Below the pieces are notes generated by a model that worked only from the letters and a program-made list of their open reading frames with translations, ran no database searches and was not told the DNA's origin. Both the position numbers and the translations under genes were made by a program. This document shows positions 40,109 through 52,785 of a stretch of 64,000 nucleotides of DNA, one piece after another (positions within the stretch are counted from its first letter, which is position 1; each line of letters starts with the position of its first letter). Source of the stretch: Dictyostelium discoideum (taxonomy: Eukaryota); NCBI GenBank assembly GCA_000004695.1, contig CM000152.2, positions 4,800,001 through 4,864,000 of the forward strand. The letters are read 5' to 3'.

Positions 40109-43100
40109 TTATTTATGAGATTGATCTTCAGATTGAGATAAATTTGGACGTCTTGATAAGAAATTACTAGTTCTACCAGATGGAGTTGTTGGTTGAGTAG
40201 AACCACCTTTACTACTTGCCCAACTACCACCACTACTTGAAAGATGTGGAGAAGGTTGTGGAGATATGGTTGGAGAAATTGGTGGAGGAGGTAAAGTGAA
40301 AGTACCAATTAAAGCTGATTGAGTTCTATCTTTTCTGAAAAGATTAACTGAAGAGGTTTTAACGAATTTAAAGTTATTTGCCATTGGTAGATTTTCAGTA
40401 TTTTGATAGAGTTGTGATTGATCCAAAGGTTCGAAATGGAATTCATAGAATTTTTGAATGGTCATATCATGCTTGAAACTTTCAGTGATATCAGAGATAA
40501 GTTTCTTACGATTGGTATATATATGTTGAGTTTTACCATCACCAGAACTAAGATTCAATAGGGATTGATTTGAATTGACCACTGATAATCTAATGACATT
40601 GGCAAGTATATGTTTACTAATGATAATTTCATCATTGACAGGACCAGTTTTCATACGATTACTATGAGTAGCTTTTCTGAGTGTTTTCAAACGGAATAGA
40701 TCATTTTCAAGTGGTGTAATGACAATTTGAATTGCGTGTGGGAAAGTTTCCAATAATGTCTTTTCATAGACTTCAATTGAACCATTGAACCAAATGACTG
40801 ATACGTTTGTTTTGTTTATAAGTTTTTTCTTATGTTCTTGAGAACTATTATTTGCAATATCAGAATTTGGCATCATTGTTGAAACAAAGAATACCATTTC
40901 ACGTGAATGAGTTGCATAGTATGGTGTAAATTGACCATGAGTAAGATTCTTTTTATCTAAATCACCCAAGAAACCAGTATGAGTTGAAATTGGTACTAAC
41001 CAACCAAGTGATGCAATGAAATCTTGATAATCTTGAGTAGTATTACTAGTGACATTATTATAGATATCGTCTTCGGTTGAGTCACCCTTTTTCACATAGA
41101 TAATTGGTATTTTAATTTGAACTCTTTCAGAGACACTATCCAACATATTTAAAGATTGGAAAAATTGAACACTATTCTCCAATGGTGTCAATTTATTTCT
41201 ATTCTCTTGATTTAAGAAACCTAAATGTGTCAATAGAATACGAGCTTGTTGTAATTTACAATCACCATTGAATGAAGTTTTTAAAACTGGTGGATGTGTT
41301 GTAATTGATGGAGTAAGTGAATATTTATTTGCAAAAAGTTTTTGTTTTTCAACTTCCATTTGATTATCAATTAATTTTGTGAAATTTTCATCAATATGTT
41401 TTTCAATATATGATGATAAATCTCCAAAATCTTCAACATTTTCAATATAAGATGATATAAATGGTTCTTCATTACAATTATATTGTGATCTCTTTTTAAT
41501 TGGTACTTTATTATTTGATGTTGATTTTATACTGTTATTTGATGTTGTAGTAGTATTATTATTTGAAATAGTATTATCAATAGTAGTAGCAGTAGTATTA
41601 GTTGGAACTGAATCATCACCATCATCAATTTGTGATTCTTTTTCATTTGTAATTGGTTGTTGAATTTCACTAATTTCTCTTTGTTTAAATGGTAAGAAAG
41701 CTAATTGTGAATTTATAACTGATTTACCAGACATATCACGAATAATTAATGTAACATAACTATCGGATGGACTTGAACTAGTTGAAGTGAATGGTTGATC
41801 AATGACAGTGATAATGATTGAATCACCAATTGCATAGAAACGTAAACTTTGTTCAGATGGGAAATTCTTTATACCTAAATGTTTCTCTGCTTTTGCTTTA
41901 ATTTGTGTAATGATATCAGATTCGGTTACTTTTGATGAGGTATTGGTTGGTGTAGCATTATATGGATTTGGGAAATAACTAATTTTACTCATAATTGCTT
42001 TAAGAGCACATTGTGCAACTTCTTTAACTTTTGGTGAAATGTTATTATTAATATATGGTTTTGGTCTTTTAAATGAACCACCATTGGCACTATTACTATT
42101 ATTACCACTACCACCAGTTGAAGATGGTTGTGAGGAGGAGGAGGAGGAGGAGTTTGATTTACTACCACTATCAACACCACCACTGCCACTACCAGTAGAG
42201 GATGGTTGTGAGGAATTACCACTACCACTACTACCACCACCACCAATTGAAGAGATACCAGTATTTGAAACTGAAGATGAAATTGAAGCATTTGAAGAGA
42301 TAATATCATTTGGACTCTTTGCACCCATTGCAACTGACAAAGCATTGAAAACCATATAGAAAGTACTTGTATCAGTTAAATAATTGCCTTCGAAAATCCA
42401 AGGGCTTACAACAACCCAATCAGCGATAGTTGAACAACCCAATGAAATTAAATCTTCAGTTTCAGGGGACATATTAGTTTCTTTACATTTGAAAGTGATA
42501 AATTTACATAGCTTTCTTACTACGGTACTTGCATTCTCTAAAAAGTTTGGAATTCTTTGATGTTGACTAGCCAAATCTGATAACAATTGGAAAGAACTTA
42601 AGATTACATCATGAGACCATTGATTTGTAAATGAAGAACATTTCTTTAAGATTGTATTAATACTTTGATGAATGAAAGAGGAAGTGATTAATTTACCATC
42701 TGGATAAGGTTTGACATGTTGATGTTGGTACTCCAATTGGTAGAACATAATGTACCAAATTAAAGTCAACAAATTTGAAGAGGACATTTCAGTATTTAAT
42801 GCAGAGAGAATTAAATAAGCTAAATGTGGTTTTAAATCGTCATAGGTATTGATTTCATTTGGTGGTAGTGTTAATTCATTATGTTTACCATCGATGATAT
42901 CATTTGGTAATGGTGGATATGGGTCAATCGTACGACCAGGGAAGAAATTATGAAATTTAACAGTTTCATAACGATTTGGTAAACAAAGTATTGAACCCAA
43001 TATTTTTATAGCACATCTACGTAACTCTGGATCATTTGTACCTTGAGCGGTTAAAATATGATTGAGTGCACGAATGTAGGATGGAATGAGTATTCTTGAA

Positions 43101-44085
43101 CCTGGTAAACCTGAACTGAAAATATTTTGAGAATGAATGATTGTGTCTCTAAGTATTTTACCATCACACCAAAGTGCTTCACTGATACAAGTGTAGAAAC
43201 AACTTAGATAAATTGGAAGGAATTCTATTTTTCTTGAACAAGATAGGAAAATATGTAATAGAATTTCACTACCCAATGAAATACCTTCATCAAAGCCTGG
43301 TTTGATAGTTTTAACAGCTTCGAAAATCCATGAGCCGAAAATGTGTAAAATGGCATTACCATCATTGGTTACTGATAAAAACATTGAAACCAAATGAAAG
43401 ATACCAGTGATTGCCTCTGAGAAGATTGCAGGACTTTTAATTTGATTTGGGTTACCAATCAAGTTTAGTATACGATTCCATGCATAGTATAGATACTCTT
43501 TTTCAAATTCAATACTTGTTTCATCCAATCTAATGGTTATGGTTGATTTAGACTGATGATCATTGGTGTATATTGATTGCACCAATGGAGTTGTCAATGC
43601 CAAACATGTCAAATTCCATTGATTGACAGTTGGCATATGGTGGAACCAGCCTTGAGCATACTTTGTGAGTGAATTCCATAGGGTTGGATTCAAAGTTTTA
43701 GATTGTAACCAAACTTCAAATAATGTCTTCAAAAGTAATGGACATAAATTACGTGCCAACATTTCATCACTATTGGAATGAATACCAAGTATACAATCGG
43801 TAATTGATAACATCAATCGATTCCAATGCTCCAATGTATCGGTTGAGAATGAACGTGAATATGTACCACGTGACATCTCCAAATAGATTTGTAATACTTT
43901 TTGACATAATACTGAATGACTATCAATTAATTCTTTAACTGAAATATTTGGTAATTGTACATTACCACTATAATTATTTGAACTATATAAAGCTGTTGTT
44001 GATGATTGTACCATCATTGATGATCCTGGCATAACTGATTCTCTATATTTTGATCCTTTAACTGTACCAGTTGTTATTGATGGTG

Positions 44086-44162
<77 letters not shown>

Positions 44163-44457
44163 ACTACTTCATTAAATCCACCAACCTCTTGTTGTAAAAA
44201 TTGTTGTTGTAATGTATCTTTAATTGGTGTTGTTGGTGTTGTTGGTGATGTTGCTGCTGTTGTTGTTGCAGATATTTGTTGAGGTGGTGGTGATGATTGT
44301 TGATTTACACCTAAAAAACTTCCACTATTACTACCACCACCTTCTTTATCTTTATTTAAACTTAAACTACTACCTGATCCTGAATTTGAACTTGATAATA
44401 TTGGTGAATTATTATTACTTGATTCTTTATTATTACTGCCGCTATTTGTATTATTAC

Positions 44458-44536
<79 letters not shown>

Positions 44537-44968
44537 ATTAATATTACTATTATTACTATTATTATTACTATTATTATTACTCATACTAATATAATGTGGA
44601 TATGATCTTGGTTGAAAAATTAAAGTTAAATGTTCAATAATTTTCTTATGAAAATATTCATCATCATCATCAATTAATGGTGTTGGTTTATGTTTTGGAT
44701 CAAATAACCATTTCTTATATAATTCAATACATTGTAAGATGATTTGAGAATCTTCAATTGGTAAAAGGAAACCTTGTTCTGTAATTTCCATAATCCATTG
44801 TAAATGTTCTTTACTTGTTACTATAAATTGTGTATTGCCATTTGGTGGCTCCAATAAAAAATTAACTGTTTGAAATACTAATATTCTCTTAACTGATAAT
44901 GGAAAATCTTTTAAAATACCCGTATCTTTAATAAATTGAAAATTATTAGTAAATGAGTTTGTAATCAT
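40109..44968 (-). CDS. RalGAP beta-subunit-like protein with a C-terminal RapGAP domain, 1619 aa, single exon.
   Basis: N-terminus EHLQWIMEITEQGFLLPIEDSQIILQCIELYKKWLFDP...KKIIEHLTLIFQPR aligns with human RALGAPB [38 protein letters not shown]...QTILKHLQNLFVPR. C-terminal RapGAP block ...FTPYYATHSREMVFFVSTMMPNS...HKKKLINKTNVSVIWFNGS... Internal poly-Q (CAA)n, poly-N and S/G-rich tracts. Confidence 0.7.
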
Positions 44969-44969
44969 A

Positions 44970-45008
<39 letters not shown>

Positions 45009-45625
45009 TATTATTATTTTATTATTATTTATTATTTGATTTGATTTTTTTATTTGATTTGATTTATTTATTAAAAAAAAAAAAATAAAAAATAAAAAGA
45101 AGAAAAAAAAAAAAAAAATTTTAAAAAAAAAAAAAAAAAGAAACTAAAAAAAAAAAAGAAACTAAAATAACTAATAATAAGATGCCATTACTTACTCTTT
45201 TCAGATCCCAATAAATTAATGGATGAGGCCCAGTCAAGAAACATTTTGGCGGTATATGGTTTTTTTTTTTTTTTTTTTTTTTTTTATTTTCTGATAATAT
45301 TACACATATGAACAATCAATCTTAGAGAAAAAAAAAAAAAAAAAAAAAACCAATCACACCCTTTATTCGAGATCAATTACCAAAAAAAATAAAATTATAT
45401 AAAGGATGGGGGTGAAAAAAAGAAAAGTAAAAAAATTTTATTATTATTATAAAAATTACAACAAAATCATAGAATTGAATAAAAAAAATATCTGAGAAAA
45501 AAAAAATTAAAAAATAAAAACTAAAAAAAAAAAATTAAAAAAAAAAAAAAATAAAAAAAAAAATAAAAAAAAAAAATAAAAAAAAAAATACAAAAAAAAA
45601 AAAAAAAAAGAAAAAAACAGTGTTT

Positions 45626-45680
45626 TAAAAAATCTAGTGCGATGCACGAAGAAATTAAATTTTTTTTTTTTTTTTTTTCT
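45626..45680 (+). repeat. Copy 1 of a duplicated ~50-bp element: GC-rich palindromic core GTGCGATGCAC followed by GAAGAAATTAAA and a T-run. Candidate small RNA or regulatory element.
   Basis: aaaaacagtgttttaaaaaatctagtgcgatgcacgaagaaattaaatttttttttt here. aaaacaatgttaaaaaatcttgtgcgatgcacgaagaaattaaagttttttt at 45793..45850. About 90% identical, in an otherwise pure-A/T intergenic region. Each ends in a T-run (Pol III terminator-like). Confidence 0.35.
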
Positions 45681-45681
45681 T

Positions 45682-45717
<36 letters not shown>

Positions 45718-45792
45718 CATTTTTTTTTTTAAGAAAACATAGAAATGTTATACACAAAAAATTTTAAAAAAAAAAATATAAAAAAAAAAAAA

Positions 45793-45850
45793 CAATGTTA
45801 AAAAATCTTGTGCGATGCACGAAGAAATTAAAGTTTTTTTGATCTTGATT
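45793..45850 (+). repeat. Copy 2 of the duplicated GTGCGATGCAC hairpin element.
   Basis: See copy 1 (45626..45680). Same orientation, about 165 bp apart. Confidence 0.35.
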
Positions 45851-45967
45851 TTTATTTATATCAAAGGTTTATTTTTTTTCATTTATTTTTATTTTTTTTC
45901 ATTTATTTTTATTTTTTTTATTTTTCCAAAAATTATTTTTCTTTACTGTTAGGTTTTTTTTTTTTTT

Positions 45968-48415
45968 TTAAAGAGCATGTTTTCCAACTTTAAAAGCTAC
46001 ACATGTTACATGATCCATTTTACCTTTATATTCTTTGAGATTATCAGGTAAAGGTTTATTAGGGAAATTAACCATGAATTCTCTTGAAGATTTAGTGGTT
46101 TCAACACAATGTTCAACCAATTTTTCAGTGATAAATTTGGCGGTGATAGGATCTTGTTCTTGATCATGAGTTCTAAGTTTTTTCTTGAGGAATTCTTGAG
46201 TATATTTGGTTTTAGCTTCCAAAGCCTTATCAGGTTCCATATCGGACCAATTTTCATAGTTCAATTGAAGATCTCTTGGTGTCCAACCAACGGTTTGAGG
46301 ATCTAAATTATCATGGACACCATCAGAGATCAATACGATGATATCATTTTCATTACAAGGTAAAAAGTGGAGACAAAGATTTCTGAGATCAGGTTGGCCA
46401 TTGGCAACGTATGGACCAAGACGACCACCTGGATCTTTTGGATCATCAACATTACCACGATTGTTCTTTGTGATATCTGTGAATTTCTTTGAGCTGGCAG
46501 AATAGTGGAAAGCTTTACAATCACCAACTGAAGCACAAATGAAACCCCATTTCGATGGTGGAGCATTGATATCCTTTACAATGGAACCAGCATTGTTTAC
46601 TGAAGCCGATAGGCCATTGGAAACGATACCACTACCGGTGAGATTGGCAAAGTTTGCTCCTATAACTGGTTTATTTACACCTGAACGACCCAATTGTGAT
46701 GATGGTTCTGGTTTTGATGCTTCGCTTTGTTGAAGTTCAACCAATACACCACCCAATAATGTTGTGGTACCAGCTTCCCAAATATCGGATTTACCTTCGA
46801 CAATACGATTATGTGCATAATTGAAGGCCGATAAAATGTGATTACCAGCGTCTTGAACGGTTTGAATCTCTGAAGACAATGCTTTGCTCATGAAATCAAC
46901 AAAACTAATGGATGCTCTGGTTGCAGCTTCGGCTGGACGGGAACCCCAATTACAACCATCAGCAACGGCTGCAATGATACGACTTGCTTGAATTTGTACA
47001 CAGAAATGATCGCAAATTGGGTCACCCTCACGTTTTGGATGATTTGGTAAGTGAGGATAGGTTGAAATTGTACGAGCATAGAAATTATTATTAAAACAAC
47101 TATGAAATGTTGACTCTAATGCATCGGCTGATGGACCATTGATTGTACTGGTGAAAGTATCATTCTTTGGATCCACTATTAAAAATTTAGGGAATTGATT
47201 TTGTACACTACCAATTACAACTGGTGCTAAATCAATACCACGTAATGATCCCATATTTGATTGACTTTTTACACGATCCAATGAAATTGAATTATGATCT
47301 TCAAATCCATTTGGATAAATTGTTGTTGGTTTTTCATAACTTATTACATTTGAAATATTATTATTATTATTATTATTTGAATTATTATTATTACTTGAAT
47401 TTGTATTACCACTTTTAACAGAATTTAATTGATGTTGTTTCTTTTCAATCATTTTTTTTAATTGTAAAGTTTGATTATGTACTAATGCTATTTGTTCATT
47501 TAATGATTTTTCTAATTTTTCGGATTGTAAAATTAATTCATCAATTTCATTTTGTTCTTGCTGTAATTTTGCTGTACTTAAACCACCGCCACCACCTCCA
47601 CCACCGCCACCTCCACCACCACTAAGATCTATATCACTGCTTGCTATAGGATTTAAGTAGGCATTATCAGATTCATCACATGGTAATGACTGAAAATCTT
47701 GTAACATATTTAAAACTTGATAGTATTGTGGATTTGGTTTTGAATTTGACATAATTAGATTCAAACAAACATCTAATAACTTTAAACCCAAATGAGTGTT
47801 TGGTGGTGTTGATTGTTTCTTTTCACGTAATAAACTTTGATATACTTTGGTTGCTTTTTCAATTGATTTATGTAATTTATAAATTGGATTTGCTTGTGAC
47901 ATATCCTTATTGGATGCTTCGGATTTCAATCGATTCCATGATTGTTCGTCATTGGATGCTGCTAATGCTGCTGCGGTTTGTGCTGTAGTTGGTTTAATGA
48001 AAAACAATTGTGAATTATCTCCAAATGGTAAACCAATGATCTCCAATACACCTCTATCCCACATTAATTGGCCATATTCTATTGCTTTGGCTCTACTAAT
48101 ATTTAATATACGTGATATCCAATCTATAATTTCATCACTTTGTAAATATTCAATACCTTTTGGTTTAGTTGATAATATACCTAAATTTAAATCTCTAATT
48201 TTATTTTCAATTATTCTTGCCTTTAATTTTTTATTTATTTATTATATTTATTTGTTTTTAATGAGCAAAAAAAATAAAAAAATAAAAAAAAAAAATAAAT
48301 AAAAAAAAAAAAATAAAGGGTAAAAAAAAAATTAATTTATTAGAATATTTAAAAATTTCTATTATTATTAATATAAAATAATGCCTACCTCGTCTTCTTT
48401 TAACAGTGAATCCAT
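45968..48415 (-). CDS. DEP-domain plus PP2C-like (PPM) phosphatase-domain protein with a central coiled-coil and poly-G/N tracts. Main exon 45968..48220. Proposed 5' exon 48389..48415.
   Basis: PPM motifs ...RIIAAVADGCNWGSRPAEAATRA... and ...IIVLISDGVHDNLDP... The frame of ORF 45968..48064 stays open upstream of its first Met through ARIIENKIRDLNLGILSTKPKGIEYLQSDEIIDWISRILNISRAKAIEYGQLMWDRGVLEIIG. This is a DEP domain. It runs up to a TTAAAG acceptor at 48221. A possible 27-bp first exon ATGGATTCACTGTTAAAAGAAGACGAG (MDSLLKEDE) has a GTAGGC donor. Exon 1 is low confidence. Confidence 0.7.
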
Positions 48416-48575
48416 TTTTTTATTATTTTATCTACTTTGTCTTTATCTTTACTTTTTATTTTATTTTTATTATTATTACTTAATTTATATTCTACACATA
48501 AAAAAAAAAAAAAAAAAAATAAAAAAAGCTTGTGATTATTTTTAATTTTATATTTTTTTTTTTTTTTCTTATGAT

Positions 48576-48607
<32 letters not shown>

Positions 48608-48939
48608 TTTTATATTTATTATTTTTATTAAATACAATATTATAATGATACAGTGTACTATTAATTTTTTTTTTTTTTTTAATTTATTTTTTAATTTTTT
48701 TTTTTTTTTTGCGATGGTTGGTGACGTTTGTTAGTTTTTGTGTTGTGTATGTGTGTATTTATTTATTTGATTGTGATGAATTTAAAGTCCAATTTTAACT
48801 TTTTTTTTTTTGAGAAAAAAAAAAATTAGAATATAAATAAATATAAATAATTAATTAATATATTAATATATATACAGCAACCTATTGGTGGTGATTTATT
48901 TATAAAAATTTTCAAAAAAAAAAAAAAAAAAAAAAACAA

Positions 48940-48976
<37 letters not shown>

Positions 48977-49714
48977 GAGGGTTGGTTTTTTTTTTTTTTT
49001 TTTTTTTTTTAATAAACTTTTTTTTTAAATAAACTTTTTTTTTTATTTTTATTTTTTTAATTTTTTTTTTTTTTTGGATCTTGATGTCAGGCCAGATTGG
49101 TTCCAATCTGATGAAAAAAACAAATCAAACCAAAAACTCGTATGCCAATATATATTTAAATAGAATTTTTTTTTTATACTTTTTTTTTTTTTTTTTTTTT
49201 TTCCAATGGGAATAATTATTAAAAAAACAAATTATTGATTTTATTTTTATTTTTATTTTTGTTGGTAAAATTTCAATATTTTAATTGTTGTAATAAAAAA
49301 AATTAATTTGGAGGTACCAAAGATAAGATCCAATAAAGTAATCTCTAAAGTCTTGATACCTTGCGATATTGTTATTATTATTATTATTAGCTTGATATCT
49401 TCACCTTTATTGATAGACCTACTATATTCTTTGATTTGATAGTTAGAATGGTAAAGCTGTGTTGTTCCCTTTATGTAAATGTTACATGCACCAACATTAT
49501 CACGATTTCAAGATTTGAATCTCTTCATTGTAATTTCTATGTAAAAAAAATCAATTAAATTCCTTTTAAATTGTTTTTCTGAATTATTTGATTTTTTATC
49601 TCTAATAAAATCTTGACAACAATAATCTCTTGAATAAATATAATTTAAATAATCATTTGCTTTTTTTTATATTACCATCTGCATATCCATATTCTAATTG
49701 GTTCTTCAAAGTTT

Positions 49715-49746
<32 letters not shown>

Positions 49747-49869
49747 CCAATTTTTTTTTTTTTTATTTTTTATTTTTTTTTTAATTTTTTTTTTATTTTT
49801 TTTCAAAAATTCATTTTTCATTTTTTCCACTCGGTTTTTACTATAGTTGATCAAACAAAAAAAAAAAAG

Positions 49870-51210
49870 ATGTCATTCATCAGAGGTGTTTGTAAATTAA
49901 GTAAAAATATCCGTTATACCGGATCAATAAACTCAATTTTAAATAAAGGTGTTATTGGTTCCACCATTAATACCAAAACCACTACCATCACCACTACCAC
50001 TACCAACACCACCAATAATACATTAGCATACAGAAATTATTGTAGTTCAACTACCACCACCACCACTACCAACACCACTCAAAATGAAATAAAAGAAGTA
50101 CCATATCAATTTTTAACATTAACAAATGAACAATGGGAATTAGCATTAGGTAAAGAAGTAAATAAAAACACAAAAGATTTCTTTGACTTGACTAAAAGTA
50201 GAACTACATTATTAAGAAAACCAACATTTGAAACCATTCAATGGTTATCAAAAATGAAAGAACAACGTTTTTATAAAGAATCACCACAAGATTATTGTAG
50301 GGTTTTAGATGGTGTAGCTGGTTCAGGTAAAAGTATATCATTAGCTCAAGTTGCATTTTGGGCACAACAACAAGATTGGTTGGTCGTTTATATTCCAAAT
50401 GCTAGTAGTTTTATCAACCGTGGTGCTTTAACTCACTTTAATATCAACCCATTATTATTTGCTCAAAATAATTTATGCTTTAATTTCATTAAACAATTTG
50501 TTGAAGTTAATCATGCAAAATTAAGAGAAATTAAATTAAAAACTAAATTTAAGGTAAATTTATTATAAAATTATTATAAATTATTATTATTATTCAATAA
50601 AAATACTAATTTTAACATCCTCCCCACCACCACCACCACCACCACCACTACCACCACCCCCCCCCCCCCCTCCATCATATAATTTTTTTTTTTATTTTTT
50701 TTTAGATTGAATCAACTGGATGGGAATCATCACCAAATAAAACATTATTTGACTTATTATCATCAACAAAGTATGATTCATCATCAGAAATTTTCTATCA
50801 TTTTAAGAGAGAATTAAATACAATTCATGAATTCCCAGTATTGGTTGCAATTGATGGTTTTAATCACTTTTATAGACCATCAGATTATGGTGATATGTAT
50901 GATTCAGCTTCAAATCTTGGTACTTTACCAACTGATAGATTAATGGCCTCTTCATTATTTAAAAATATTACATCACATCAAATCTCAAATGGTGTTGTCC
51001 TTGCTGCAACAACTAATGTCATTCCAAAACGTGAAATGTTTGAAGTTATCCCAGAAGAGAGTGTTTTAAATGTACCAATTTTTACAATTTATGAATTTAA
51101 ATTATTCATTAATTATTTGGTTGAAACTAAATATCTTGAAAAATGTATGTAAAATTTTAACAACAAAATTAATTTAAAAATGTATATATATATAAAAATG
51201 TTATTTTCCT

Positions 51211-51245
<35 letters not shown>

Positions 51246-51348
51246 CAAAAATTATTTAGCACCAAATCAAGAAACTATTGAATACTATTGGCAAATTTCA
51301 AGTGGCAACCCAAGAGAATTATGGAAAATCCTTCGTATTCTCCATTAA
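49870..51348 (+). CDS. Mitochondrial ribosomal protein S29 / DAP3 (mS29) with P-loop. Exons 49870..50553, 50706..51144, 51260..51348.
   Basis: N-terminal presequence MSFIRGVCKLSKNIRYTGS... then ...YCRVLDGVAGSGKSISLAQVAFWAQQQDWLVVYIPNASSF... (GxxGSGKS P-loop as in DAP3) ...FPVLVAIDGFNHFYRPSDY... C-terminus ...ETIEYYWQISSGNPRELWKILRILH*. Introns GTAAAT..TTTAG (with an internal C/CA-rich tract) and GTATGT..ATTTAG. Frames are kept. The ORF-track start at 49630 is spurious poly-F. Confidence 0.8.
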
Positions 51349-51536
51349 ACAAAATTGATTTAAGAAAAAAATAAAATAAAATAAAAAATAAAATAAAAAA
51401 ATTAAAAAAATTAAAAAAAAATAGTAATAATAAAAAAAAAAAAACCAAAAACAAAAACAAAATGGGTAAAAAGAAAATAAATTTATAGTGTATTTTACAA
51501 TATCTTTTTTTTTTTTTTATTTTCCAAAAAGTGAAA

Positions 51537-51880
51537 TTAATTGGCATGACTATTTCTGCTATTTTGTTTACGATTTCTTAAATCTCTAATCATTTTTTCT
51601 GGTGATTCTGGTCTATTTGATGGTTCACCATTTCTTTTGTTTGGTCTTTCTGATCTAATTCTTTCTCTCATTTCTCTTAATCTTTCAGCACCAGCTAAAT
51701 AATGGAAATAAAATATTAATTAATTAATATTTTCCTTTTTTAAGAAAAAAATAGTAATAATAATAAAAAAAAAAAAAAAAAAAAAAAAAACTTACGGTGG
51801 CTTGGATCAAATGCAGCTGAAACATTAGCAAAAACGCAAAATGCTAAGAAAATAGCAATTAAAATTAATTTTAAATTCAT
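51537..51880 (-). CDS. Small secreted basic peptide, about 80 aa. Exons 51796..51880 (signal peptide) and 51537..51694.
   Basis: [28 protein letters not shown] | [57 protein letters not shown] donor, ATTTAG acceptor, phase 1+2 in frame. Not in the ORF track. Prediction rests on splice logic and the signal peptide only. Confidence 0.4.
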
Positions 51881-52576
51881 TGTTGTGATGGTAATAAGAA
51901 TACTTGAAATATATATATAGATTTATTTTTTTAATTTTTTTTTTTGTAAAAACAAAAACAAAAAAAAAATAAAAAAAAATAAAAAAAAAAAAATAAAAAA
52001 AAAAAAAATAAAAAAAAAAAAAATAAAAACTTTGGGCTAGATATTTTCAAATTCTTAAAATAATCAGTTTAATTTTAAGTAGATTTTTTCTTCAAAAGAA
52101 AAGTGACTTTTAATCTGCCTGTAACCAAAAAAAAAAAAACCACAATAAAAAAAATTTTAATAAAGAAATAATATAAAAAATAAAAAAAAAATAATATAAA
52201 AATAAAAAAAATATTATTTTTTAATAAAAAAATAAAAAAAATAAAACTAAATAATAAAAATAATAATAAAAAAAGTAAAAGAAAAGTAATAAAAAAATAA
52301 TGAAAATAAAATAAAACAAAAAAAAAAAAAAAAAAAATAAAAGTAATAATAAAAAAAAGTACTTAAAATAAAAATAATAATAAAAATATTTGAAAAACAC
52401 AAAAAAATGTTGATTTGTTTAAATCCCGATTAATTTGAAATCAATTTTTATCAAATTCTCAAAAAAAAAAAAATTCTCAAAAAAAAAAAATCTTTTTTGG
52501 TCATTTTTTTTTTTTAATATTCCAACATCGTTTTTTTATTTATCAATTTAAATTTATCAATTTAAATTTATCTAAA

Positions 52577-52692
52577 ATGTTAGTTAAAGTATCAATTCAC
52601 GGACAAGAGTATGATTTAGAAGTTCAACCAACTGATAAAATTCAAGAAATCAAATCAAAAATTAATGAACTAAATGTAATTTTTAATTTTTG

Positions 52693-52735
<43 letters not shown>

Positions 52736-52753
52736 TCAACAATTCCTTATTGA

Positions 52754-52785
<32 letters not shown>

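Noticed and set aside
49630-49869. Upstream extension of the DAP3 ORF (MNKYNLNNHLLFFILPS...FFFFFF)
   Set aside because: Poly-T-derived poly-F with no coding signal. The authentic start is the Met at 49870, followed by a mitochondrial-type presequence.
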